From Candidatus Saccharimonadota bacterium (GTDB lineage: Bacteria; Patescibacteriota; Saccharimonadia; Saccharimonadales; Saccharimonadaceae): DNA of 64,000 bases. Of the stretch, positions 1-8,438 are shown in pieces. Below the pieces are notes generated by a model. It was not told the origin of the DNA. It did no database searches and saw only the letters and a list, made by a program, of their open reading frames with translations. The position numbers and the translations under genes are program-made. The stretch covers positions 129 to 64,128 of the forward strand of contig JAFRBR010000005.1 in NCBI GenBank assembly GCA_017404795.1, in the 5' to 3' direction. Positions within the stretch are counted from its first letter, which is position 1. Each line of letters begins with the position of its first letter.

Positions 1-1
1 C

Positions 2-295
2 AATACTTTACCAGCTAATTACGATAGTAGCTCCAGCCCATACTACAATGGTTCCACTGAAGCCGGCCCTGTAGACAAACTAATCAGAGCCTTTCCTAAC
101 AACTTCGTCTACTCCGGCAACTTCAATACGGCGTCGGCGTACAGTCGGGGTAGCAGCGGGTACTATCGGTCGTCTTCGGCGGACGCTAGCAACTATGCCT
201 ACTACCTGCATTTCACCTCCACGGGCGTCTACCCAGGGACCAGCAACAACGGTAAGTACTACGGTAGGACAGTCCGTTGCTTATTATCTAGCTAG
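2..295 (+). CDS. 3' end (partial) of a FISUMP / Fibrobacter succinogenes major paralogous domain protein with CLec-like C-terminus
   Basis: Open frame from base 2 to TAG 293-295 reads ...IRAFPNNFVYSGNF...YYRSSSA...AYYLHF...GKYYGRTVRCLLSS*, matching the FPNNF..SG / YWSS / G.SVRC FISUMP tail. Not in the ORF track because its start lies outside the window. Confidence 0.8.
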   Translation, partial: NTLPANYDSSSSPYYNGSTEAGPVDKLIRAFPNNFVYSGNFNTASAYSRGSSGYYRSSSADASNYAYYLHFTSTGVYPGTSNNGKYYGRTVRCLLSS

Positions 296-326
296 CTCCT
301 AGCCCCCACTGTAGTAATTTTTACAA

Positions 327-378
327 TGTCGCAAACTGTCGCAAAAATTGTCGCAAACTGTCGCAAGTGTGTTATAAT
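327..378 (+). promoter_or_regulatory. Four direct repeats TGTCGCAA (327, 337, 349, 359) abutting an extended -10 box (TG-T-TATAAT 370-378) of the fic gene; probable operator
   Basis: Seen directly; spacing 10/12/10 nt. ATG follows 6 nt after TATAAT. Confidence 0.7.
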
Positions 379-384
379 AAACAT

Positions 385-1440
385 ATGAAATATACGCCAA
401 GATATACTATCAATAACAAAATTCACGCCAATCTGCAAGAAATTGAAGACCTAAAAGACATCGTACGAGGGCATCAAATTCTGCCCGCAGCAGAGGCTTC
501 GATTCGTCTTCGGGCTACAGTAGACACCGTGCATAGCTCCACCTCTATCGAAGGCAACCCTCTTAATATCAATGAGGTACGAGCCGTAATCACCGAAGAC
601 AAAAAAATATCCAAAAAAGAATACGCCGAAATTGAGGTGCAAAACTATAAAAAGGCCATTGACTATATTTCGGAGCGCAAAAATGGAACTACTAAGCTTG
701 AGATATCTGACGTCCTAGAGCTTCATCGTATCATTACCAATAGGCTCCTAGATAAGACCCGTTGTGGCCATTTTCGTCACAACCCAGTTTATATTGAAGA
801 CCAGGATCATAACTTAATTTATGAAGCGGGTCCAGCAGATATGGTAGAAAATGACGTGCAGGCCTTGCTGGATTGGGTTAATGATAACCGCGCGATTATC
901 CCTGTGGCTATTATTGCCGGAGTGCTACATTACCAGCTAGTTACGATTCACCCCTTTACAGACGGCAATGGACGTACATCGCGCGCTCTTACTATGCTAT
1001 GGCTTTCGCTTAATAATTATGATTGCAACGGTACTTTATCTTTGGATCCCTATTATGCCTCAGACCGACGTACATATTACGAAATACTACAAAAAACGCA
1101 CGGAAAAAACTACTCAGAATCTATGGATACAGATTTGACCTCATGGCTAGAATACTTTACGAATGGATTTGTCGCTTCGTTACATGTATTGAATGCAGAA
1201 ATTCGTATTCTAGATACTATGCTACCCAAAACTGATAGTCTCAGTCGTGAAGATGAGGACATTTTGAGTTACGTGGCAAAATTTGGGGCGATTGAAATTT
1301 CAGAAGCGGAAGCAATCTTACCAGAGATGAACCGGCGTTCTATTCAGCGTAGACTCAAAAAACTAGTCGACAGCGGATACTTAGAACTCGTAGGCGCTAC
1401 TCACGACGCTAAATACATCATGCGGCGGCCTACTTCGTAG
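385..1440 (+). CDS. Fic family protein with C-terminal winged HTH
   Basis: Fic motif HPFTDGNGRTSR, N-terminal inhibitory-type SSTSIEGN motif, C-terminal HTH-like segment. Start moved from 367 to ATG 385 because the upstream codons are the promoter. Confidence 0.9.
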   Translation: MKYTPRYTINNKIHANLQEIEDLKDIVRGHQILPAAEASIRLRATVDTVHSSTSIEGNPLNINEVRAVITEDKKISKKEYAEIEVQNYKKAIDYISERKNGTTKLEISDVLELHRIITNRLLDKTRCGHFRHNPVYIEDQDHNLIYEAGPADMVENDVQALLDWVNDNRAIIPVAIIAGVLHYQLVTIHPFTDGNGRTSRALTMLWLSLNNYDCNGTLSLDPYYASDRRTYYEILQKTHGKNYSESMDTDLTSWLEYFTNGFVASLHVLNAEIRILDTMLPKTDSLSREDEDILSYVAKFGAIEISEAEAILPEMNRRSIQRRLKKLVDSGYLELVGATHDAKYIMRRPTS

Positions 1441-3865
1441 TCTTTTTGGCGGCAACCTTCTTCGTGGTTTTTTTAGCGCTCTTTCTTGTTGTCTTCTTAG
1501 CAGCGGTCTTCTTCCGCCCACCACGCGTACCTCGGCGGGTGGTTTTGGGCTTGTTTTCGAGCATCTCGCGCGCCTTAGCTTCAGTGATTTTCTTAGGGTC
1601 AGTTTCTTTAGGGATTTTGACGTTATTGCGCCGCCCTGGCCCCTTGACATACGGCCCGTAGGCGCCGTTAATAATCATAATCTCGCCCCAGTCGGCGATG
1701 ATCGAATCTACTTTTTTCTGGTATAACGGCAAAGCCTCCTCTAAACTCACAGTATAGGGGTCATGGTCCTTCATTGGAATATTATATTTGCCACCTTTAA
1801 GATACGGCCCAAATGGCCCACTGGCCGCCACCAGCTCCGCTCCATCTGGGGCCTTGCCGAGCACTCTAGGTAGAGCCGGCAACTCTAATTGTTTCAAAGC
1901 CTGCTCCAAAGTCACAGTTTTGACAGATTTCCGCTTTGGCAAAGGCGCAAACCGCGGCTTTTCTCCCGACTCCTTCTCGTTATCGCCGAGTTGGATAAAA
2001 CCGCCGTTCTTTCCGACCTTCGCGTATATTGGCTTGCCATCCTTAGGGTGATGACCGAGTAGCCGCGCATTATTGTACCTCTCTACTCCGTTAGCGACTA
2101 ACACCGTATCCCGAAACGGTCCGTAAAAATCCCGCAGCATCTTGACTCGCTCCAACTTAGCATCTGCAATCAAATCCAAGTCTTTCTCGATATTCGCTGT
2201 AAACTTATAATCCACAATATTCTTAAAATTATCGGTCAAAAACCCCGAGACCAGCTCTCCTATCGGCGTCGGGATCAACTTGCCCTTATTCGCGCCGTAT
2301 TTTTCCTTAACTATTTTGCGTTTTACGGAGGAAGCAACAGCCGGAGCGTGCCCTTCGGGCAGCAGCTCCCAAGCCGCTCTGGCCAAGTCCTCATGTCCCT
2401 TAGGACACATCGCGGCTGTTGCTCCCTCCACTTTCAGCTCAACCACTTCACGTTCTTCCCCTTCGCTCTCGCCCTTAACCACGTATCCCCGCGCCTGAAT
2501 TGCAGACATAATCGAGGCGTAGGTCGACGGTCGGCCAATACCTAGCTCCTCCAATTTCTTCACCAGCGACCCCTCGGTGTATCTAGCCGGTGGCTTAGCA
2601 AAACATTGCCTAGCCACTAATTCTAAGCAATCTACACTGTCGCCCTTTGCCAACTTGGGTAGTTCCGTATCCTTGCTCTTACCATAAACCTTCAAAAACC
2701 CATCGAATATCACCACCTCACCTTTTGCTATAAAAGCCGAAACCTGTTCCTCGGCTTTTATTGTAATGGTAGTTTTGGCGACTCTGGCATTGGCCATTTG
2801 GGTGGCCACAGTCCGCGCCCAGATTAATTGATACAGCCGTTTTTCGTAATTATTCTTCCCCGCCGTAGTTTTAAACACATCGGTTGGCCGGATAGCTTCA
2901 TGGGCCTCTTGGGCACTGGCCGATTTGGTCTTAAAATTGCGTGTTTTTAGATATTTTTCGCCAAATTCTCCCTTGATATAGCCAGAAATCGCCCCTAGTG
3001 CTTGCTTGGACAGGTTCAAAGAGTCAGTTCTGTGATAAGTAATCAACCCCGCCTGATACAGCCCCTGAGCTGCACTCATCGTGGTTCGTGCCGAAAACCC
3101 CAGTTTAGAGTTGGCCTCAATTTGCAGCGCCGCCGTAGTAAATGGCACCGGCGCTGACTTCGCCCCCTCCGCCTCTTCCACTTTTGCCACCACGAACCGC
3201 GCCTGCGCGAGCTCCTCTAGTAATTTCCTAGCAGATTCTTCATCTGTTAAATTACTTTTTTCTAAATTAGCACTAAACTCTGTATCTTTAACAAATCTAC
3301 CACTGATCTTGAAATCTGATTTACTTTCAAACTTCTCAATCTCTTTCTCCCGCTCCACAACGAGTCTTAGCGCCGGCGACTGCACCCGCCCTGCCGAAAT
3401 CGCCCCTGGCACCTTGCGTCGCACCATATCCGACAAATCGTACCCCACCAGCATATCTAGGGTCTGCCTAGCCTGCTGGCTGGAAACCATATCCATATCT
3501 ACCTTGCGCGGGCTCTTAATCGCTTCTTCTAAGGCCGGCTTGGTAATCTCGTGAAAAGTAATCCGCGCGGTGTTTTTGGGTAGCCCCAGCACCTCACACA
3601 GGTGCCAAGAAATCGACTCACCTTCGCGGTCTTCATCCGTCGCTAGCCAGACTTTGTCAGCGGCCTTCGCCGCCTTTTTTAACTCTGAAATAATCTTGGT
3701 ATGTTCTGGGTCTATTTCGTAGGTCACCTCAAAAGTCTCTTTATCTACCTTGGTATCCTTCCGAATATGCCCAATCGAGGCCAAGACCTTATAATCTGAC
3801 CCCAGGTATTTCTCAATCGTCTTCGCTTTTGCCGGGCTCTCCACTATTACCAAATTCTTTGCCAT
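1430..3865 (-). CDS. topA: DNA topoisomerase I with C-terminal Toprim_C repeats and Lys-rich tail; carries a 34-aa in-frame insertion
   Basis: NLVIVESPAKAKTI, ATDEDREGE, SAGRVQS, GLITYHRTDS, AHEAIRPT motifs; start at the ATG 7 nt after TATAAT. Confidence 0.97.
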   Translation of the reverse strand: MAKNLVIVESPAKAKTIEKYLGSDYKVLASIGHIRKDTKVDKETFEVTYEIDPEHTKIISELKKAAKAADKVWLATDEDREGESISWHLCEVLGLPKNTARITFHEITKPALEEAIKSPRKVDMDMVSSQQARQTLDMLVGYDLSDMVRRKVPGAISAGRVQSPALRLVVEREKEIEKFESKSDFKISGRFVKDTEFSANLEKSNLTDEESARKLLEELAQARFVVAKVEEAEGAKSAPVPFTTAALQIEANSKLGFSARTTMSAAQGLYQAGLITYHRTDSLNLSKQALGAISGYIKGEFGEKYLKTRNFKTKSASAQEAHEAIRPTDVFKTTAGKNNYEKRLYQLIWARTVATQMANARVAKTTITIKAEEQVSAFIAKGEVVIFDGFLKVYGKSKDTELPKLAKGDSVDCLELVARQCFAKPPARYTEGSLVKKLEELGIGRPSTYASIMSAIQARGYVVKGESEGEEREVVELKVEGATAAMCPKGHEDLARAAWELLPEGHAPAVASSVKRKIVKEKYGANKGKLIPTPIGELVSGFLTDNFKNIVDYKFTANIEKDLDLIADAKLERVKMLRDFYGPFRDTVLVANGVERYNNARLLGHHPKDGKPIYAKVGKNGGFIQLGDNEKESGEKPRFAPLPKRKSVKTVTLEQALKQLELPALPRVLGKAPDGAELVAASGPFGPYLKGGKYNIPMKDHDPYTVSLEEALPLYQKKVDSIIADWGEIMIINGAYGPYVKGPGRRNNVKIPKETDPKKITEAKAREMLENKPKTTRRGTRGGRKKTAAKKTTRKSAKKTTKKVAAKKTTK
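2327..2429. repeat. In-frame palindromic element in topA
   Basis: Arms GGAGGAAGCAACAGCCG / CGGCTGTTGCTCCCTCC with inner hairpins TGCCC-TTC-GGGCA and TGTCC-CTTA-GGACA; encodes EGATAAMCPK...APAVASS. Confidence 0.85.
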
Positions 3866-3884
3866 ATCACCCATTATATCACAA

Positions 3885-4206
3885 AAACCAAAATACCCCC
3901 ATTAGGTAAGGGTGGGCATCACCTAATAGGGGTATTTTGGCCCTCTAACGCTTCACTACTATACCGGGTGAACCCCGGAGCGTAACCCACCTCACACGAT
4001 ATTGGGGCCCGCCGGTTAGAGGGATTGCTAAGCCTTCGAAATGGTCCTTTCAAAGTGGAGGTAATACTTATAAGCAGTTAAACCATGAAGAAATTTAACG
4101 CCCGAAAGGGTTTCAAAAGCTCGCAATTTCTGTTATACTAGGAGTAGTATAACTGAAATTATAACTTATTTAGGTGCGGTGTGGAGCACTTTTTTGTGCC
4201 CCAACT
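3885..4206 (-). ncRNA. Candidate ~320-nt structured non-coding RNA of unknown class
   Basis: Bounded by a consensus promoter (4241-4213) and a terminator (3940-3888); no sizeable ORF; several long stems (CCCTCTAAC/GTTAGAGGG; 16-bp inverted repeat at 4125-4160). Confidence 0.45.
3888..3940 (-). terminator. Intrinsic terminator-like hairpin
   Basis: CCAAAATACCCC / GGGGTATTTTGG with inner ATTAGGT/ACCTAAT pairing; T-tract follows on the minus strand. Confidence 0.75.
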
Positions 4207-4212
4207 GAGTTA

Positions 4213-4241
4213 ATTATATCACAGGAGGAAAAATATGTCAA
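4213..4241 (-). promoter_or_regulatory. Consensus sigma70 promoter TTGACA-N17-TATAAT with TG extension
   Basis: TTGACA 4241-4236 and TATAAT 4218-4213 on the minus strand; overlaps the dprA start. Confidence 0.75.
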
Positions 4242-5215
4242 CACTTTTTTCACTTATTTTTACAAAAATCAATCAAATTTCACCCCAAGAGCACGATTTT
4301 ACAGAGGTGTTAAGCACTATTGCGCTTACGCCTAAAACATTGTATTTTCGTGGAAAATTACCCGAAAATGTGTCAAAAAATGGTCACAAAATCCGTCCTA
4401 AAACCGTAGCTATCGTGGGTTCTAGGCATAATACCCGCTATGGTCAGGAGGTAGCCCATAATCTAGCCTATAAACTGGCTCAGAAAGGTGTTATTGTCGT
4501 CTCTGGACTAGCCTACGGTATAGACAGCATCGGCCATCAGGGGTGCTTGGACGCTGGCGGTATCACCGTGGCCGTTCTCGGCAATCCTATAGACCGTATC
4601 CACCCCAGTAGCCACACACCTCTTGCTAAAGAAATTATCAAAAATGGCGGAGCCATCATCTCTGAATATCCACCCTCTACCTCGGATAGTACCTATTTCG
4701 CTCCAGGCGAATACCTATCCGACACCGGTCGTCGTCAAGTGAAGTACAAGACCTCTTTTCTCTATCGCAACCGCCTCATCTCTGGTCTCTCTGATATTGT
4801 CGTTGTGATCGAGGCCGCTGAGAAATCCGGCTCCCTCAATACCGCCTCCCACGCCCTAGAGCAAGGCAAAACCGTTTTTGCCGTCCCTGGCAATATCACC
4901 AACCCTTATTCTCAGGGGTGCAACAAACTCATTAAACAAGGCGCCCTCCCCTATACTTCCCCTGATGATGTTCTTCGGGAACTCTTCCCAGAAGATTACA
5001 CCAAAAAGCACCAAAAACTCCGTGAGCAGCAGTTATTTGGCGACACCGATGTCGAAACCATAATCCTCCAGGCCATTGCCAGAGGCTGTCGCTCCGGCGA
5101 AGAAATCATGGCCAAAACCCACCTTCCCCCAGAAGTCTTCAACCAGACTGTCACCCTCCTTGAAATTAAATCCCGCCTCCGTCCACTCGGAATGAATAAT
5201 TGGGGTCTAATCTAA
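4235..5215 (+). CDS. dprA: DNA-processing protein DprA
   Basis: VAIVGSR, VSGLAYGID, FLYRNRLISGLS, EAAEKSGSLNTA, VPGNI..PYSQGCNKLIKQGA motifs; AGGAGG SD upstream. Confidence 0.95.
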   Translation: MSTLFSLIFTKINQISPQEHDFTEVLSTIALTPKTLYFRGKLPENVSKNGHKIRPKTVAIVGSRHNTRYGQEVAHNLAYKLAQKGVIVVSGLAYGIDSIGHQGCLDAGGITVAVLGNPIDRIHPSSHTPLAKEIIKNGGAIISEYPPSTSDSTYFAPGEYLSDTGRRQVKYKTSFLYRNRLISGLSDIVVVIEAAEKSGSLNTASHALEQGKTVFAVPGNITNPYSQGCNKLIKQGALPYTSPDDVLRELFPEDYTKKHQKLREQQLFGDTDVETIILQAIARGCRSGEEIMAKTHLPPEVFNQTVTLLEIKSRLRPLGMNNWGLI

Positions 5216-5334
5216 TGACCCAGCTTCAAGCCCAAGACCCAACCCAGGCTCCGCACCCCGCTCTCAGGGCATGAAAAAGGTCGCTCTAATACCTAAAAGC
5301 GACCTTTATCTCATCTTAGCCTATAGACTAGGGG

Positions 5335-5907
5335 CTACCACTCAATCGGCGCCCCTCCACCGTTGGCCAGAATAATCTGGCGCGTCAGCCGGAACAAGAA
5401 GTTGATATCCGTAGTAGGGTGCCGTTCCATCATATACTCAAACAGCGCCCCCTTCCCCGAAATCCTCGTGCCGTCCACAAATCTCCGCCGGTTAATCACG
5501 AAGATGTTGTTCATCAGGGGTGGCTGGTCAAAATCCAGCTCCTCCATCTCGATCATCTGCTTTTCAAAACCAGTGGTCATGACCGTCTCGTTCAGGGGTA
5601 GACCCAACTCCTCTAGACAATCCTGGGCCTTTTTGGCCCAAATATTGTAAACGACGGGGCCAGCCAATTCCAAGCGAGCAGCTGCGTTCAAAGAGTTAGC
5701 GTACTCTTCCGAACCAATCAACTCCGCAAAGCCAGGCCTAGTTCGCCAGGTGTTGTGAGCTTCTTCCAACGCGCACCAGATGCCGTCCGCCACTAGGGGC
5801 AGAGACGACTGATTCTGGAGCACGGCCGTGTAATTCTCAAGTGCGTCAGTTACATACTTCCCCTCCATCGTTTTCCATAGTTTGGCAGGGATTACTGTTT
5901 TTGCCAT
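5335..5907 (-). CDS. Hypothetical protein (orphan)
   Basis: ORF with AGAAAGGAAG SD before ATG 5907 and an upstream TGATATAAT promoter; no recognised motif. Confidence 0.7.
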   Translation of the reverse strand: MAKTVIPAKLWKTMEGKYVTDALENYTAVLQNQSSLPLVADGIWCALEEAHNTWRTRPGFAELIGSEEYANSLNAAARLELAGPVVYNIWAKKAQDCLEELGLPLNETVMTTGFEKQMIEMEELDFDQPPLMNNIFVINRRRFVDGTRISGKGALFEYMMERHPTTDINFLFRLTRQIILANGGGAPIEW

Positions 5908-6023
5908 AGCCTTCCTTTCTCTAGAAATCCCCATCTATAGCACCACGGTATTTTCATAGTCTTCAGACTAACTATCTAAAAGAACGACTAGGGTAATTTC
6001 GGCCCCAGCCACCCTCTATTATA

Positions 6024-6548
6024 TCACATTTTTGTCCAAAAATCAACCCTGTCAGCCACCTCTCTTAGTATCTGAGGTAGTAACCCCTTTTCCTCAGGGG
6101 TGAATTTTGACAGCACAAAGTCCACATCTCCCACCTTAGCCCGCAATTCATCGTTAGCCGTCCCGATTCTCAATCTAGTAAATTCATCAGTGCCCAACTC
6201 CGCACTAATGGACTTTAGCCCATTATTTCCCCCAGCCGACCCCTTAGCACGGTAGCGAATTTTGCCAAATTCTAAGTTAAAATCATCACACACCACCAAA
6301 ATATCAGAGGTGTCTACCTTATAAAATCGCTGATATTCACGCACCGCCTGCCCGCTCAAATTATAAAAATCTTGCGGTTTAATAAACCAAACATCCCCAG
6401 AACGGCCAGCAATCGCCCCCAGGCGCGGTTTTGCCCCCCACTCCAGCCCCTTTAGCTTAAAATAAAAATCTAGCGCCAAAAACCCCGTATTATGCCGCGT
6501 CCAGTTGTATTTACTCTCTGGATTCCCCAGTCCAACTACTAATTTCAT
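6024..6548 (-). CDS. pth: Peptidyl-tRNA hydrolase
   Basis: MKLVVGLGNP..KY..TRHNTGF, DDFNLEFG, GGNNGLKSI, RLRIG motifs; leaderless start. Confidence 0.97.
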   Translation of the reverse strand: MKLVVGLGNPESKYNWTRHNTGFLALDFYFKLKGLEWGAKPRLGAIAGRSGDVWFIKPQDFYNLSGQAVREYQRFYKVDTSDILVVCDDFNLEFGKIRYRAKGSAGGNNGLKSISAELGTDEFTRLRIGTANDELRAKVGDVDFVLSKFTPEEKGLLPQILREVADRVDFWTKM

Positions 6549-6630
6549 GCCCCTATTATACAAAAAATCACCCAAAATTAAAAGAGAAACCCCCTGTCCT
6601 AAAACAGGGGGTTTAAGGAGGACGAATAGC

Positions 6631-8280
6631 CTAGTTTAAGGGGGGCTTAGTCTGCTCGTCCTTTTGCCGCTGGGCGACCATTTTCACCAAGGGGTGCCTC
6701 ACCACTTCATCTTCAATGAAATGGACTTGCGCCACCATCGGATTGTCAAACAGCTGCCTCGAGGCATAGACTAGGCCGTTGTTGTCTCGGTCCAGATAGG
6801 GGGCGTGAATCTGCTCGATGTCACCGGTCAGGATGATTTTACCTTCCATGCCGATTCGCTTAATCAGAGTATCCGCTTGGGCCGCGTTTTGGTCCTGGAA
6901 CTCGTCGTAGATAGCCAACTCATAGGCAAAATCTCGCCCACGGGCATGCTCAATCGGGACGCTCGAGAACCAGTTGTCCCAAATCATATCCACGCGGTCT
7001 TTCAGTTTAGCCTTGATTGAACGTCGAACCGTCTCGCCATTTTGACCATTGCAACAACCGTTGCCATTCTTACCGTTGCCATTGCCATTGCCGTTCTTTT
7101 TGGCGCTACCAGTTCCATACTTCTTTAGATTCGCCAGCTCTTTATTGAGCTTAGAGTCCTCATGCAGTAGGTAATTTCTCAGCGCATTTTTGAGCGGCTG
7201 GATATCCGGATCCATTTTTTCATCCAAATCTCCCGGCAGAGCTCCCAACTTGCTTCGGCTTTCGCACGGCACTGCCGTCACGCCGATAAAGCTCCCATCC
7301 TTGCAAGCCTCATAGCCAAAAATCGTGGCCATGTAAGTCTTGCCCGAGCCAGCCGGCCCAGTGCAAACAACCGCCGCAATATCGGGATCCATCAATGCTT
7401 CGGCGTAGATAGCTTGGCCATCGTTTTCGATACGAGTCGGAAAATCTCCCACATAGCGCAGGGGCAAGATGGCGTCTTCCTTAATGTCGTAGCGCCCGAT
7501 ATGCTCGAAATACGGGTTGTAGGTCGGATCAAACCCTACCGGTAAGTCCTCTAGCTCCGCTACATCCATCACGATGAATTCGTTAGCCACCAAATCTGGC
7601 TCGTTCGGCATCAGCTCTTTGAACCTATCGTGCGGCAAGTATTTGGCACTGTAGAACTCGTGAAACAGCTCCCTCGGCACCTCGATATCACGTCGGCCCG
7701 TATAGGGCTCGGGATACTTGTAGCCATAGCGCATGGTAGCAATCCCGCGTTCGCGCGCTCGGATAGCCAGACCGTTGTCGTTGGTCAGGAGCACCACATT
7801 GTCAAACGAGATATTTTGCACGCTACCCTTCAGTTCACAGCCATTAGTTGGACGGCCCTTTTTAGCTAAACTTGCTGTTAGCGCCGTCAAGATGATTTGT
7901 CCGTCCATGTCGTCGTCAGCCGGATGAAACGGCAGACATTTCCAAAAACTCTCATGCACTGGCAAAATCGAAATCAACTGATTGCTCTCTGGGATTTCAA
8001 TCGGTGCCTGCAAATTATAGACCTCACTCAGAGTATGAAGGCTGTCTTCAGACAAGCCCCTCAGTCGCCTCAGAATCATGCGTGCCGCCCTGCCGCGGTC
8101 AGACTTTTCCCCCTTAAAATTAGACAGCTCACGCACTACAACGGTCGGAATCACGAGGTGTGCCCCGCTCAAATCAATCGTCGGCTCATGCGGCTGCTTT
8201 CCGTCTGCCCCCGGGATGACACCAGGATAATCTACCAAGATATTGGTGTCAATGACGTAGGTAGGTCGATCTTCAGCCAT
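6631..8280 (-). CDS. PIN-domain + PhoH ATPase protein (PhoH2/YlaK type)
   Basis: N-terminal YVIDTNILVD PIN motif, LLTNDNGL, P-loop GPAGSGKT, RGRD, DEFQD, GDIEQI. Confidence 0.9.
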   Translation of the reverse strand: MAEDRPTYVIDTNILVDYPGVIPGADGKQPHEPTIDLSGAHLVIPTVVVRELSNFKGEKSDRGRAARMILRRLRGLSEDSLHTLSEVYNLQAPIEIPESNQLISILPVHESFWKCLPFHPADDDMDGQIILTALTASLAKKGRPTNGCELKGSVQNISFDNVVLLTNDNGLAIRARERGIATMRYGYKYPEPYTGRRDIEVPRELFHEFYSAKYLPHDRFKELMPNEPDLVANEFIVMDVAELEDLPVGFDPTYNPYFEHIGRYDIKEDAILPLRYVGDFPTRIENDGQAIYAEALMDPDIAAVVCTGPAGSGKTYMATIFGYEACKDGSFIGVTAVPCESRSKLGALPGDLDEKMDPDIQPLKNALRNYLLHEDSKLNKELANLKKYGTGSAKKNGNGNGNGKNGNGCCNGQNGETVRRSIKAKLKDRVDMIWDNWFSSVPIEHARGRDFAYELAIYDEFQDQNAAQADTLIKRIGMEGKIILTGDIEQIHAPYLDRDNNGLVYASRQLFDNPMVAQVHFIEDEVVRHPLVKMVAQRQKDEQTKPPLN

Positions 8281-8438
8281 TTTCGTTCCTCCTTTTTAAA
8301 GATCGTAAGGTTCCTAAGCTACGAAAAAGAGTAGTTTCACGCTTAGTAAACCACTCCCACTTATATCCAGTTTAGCACAAAAAATGGGCGATTAAAAGCC
8401 CCATTCACCCCTTATTATATCACACTTATGTTATTTTG

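Noticed and set aside
1430-1440. Fic and topA 3' overlap as a toxin-target pair
   Set aside because: Known FicT targets are type II topoisomerases; an 11-nt convergent overlap is not evidence of interaction.
3885-4206. tmRNA, RNase P or SRP identity for the candidate RNA
   Set aside because: No T-arm/CCA end, no GAGGAAAGUCC, and no SRP helix-8 motif seen.
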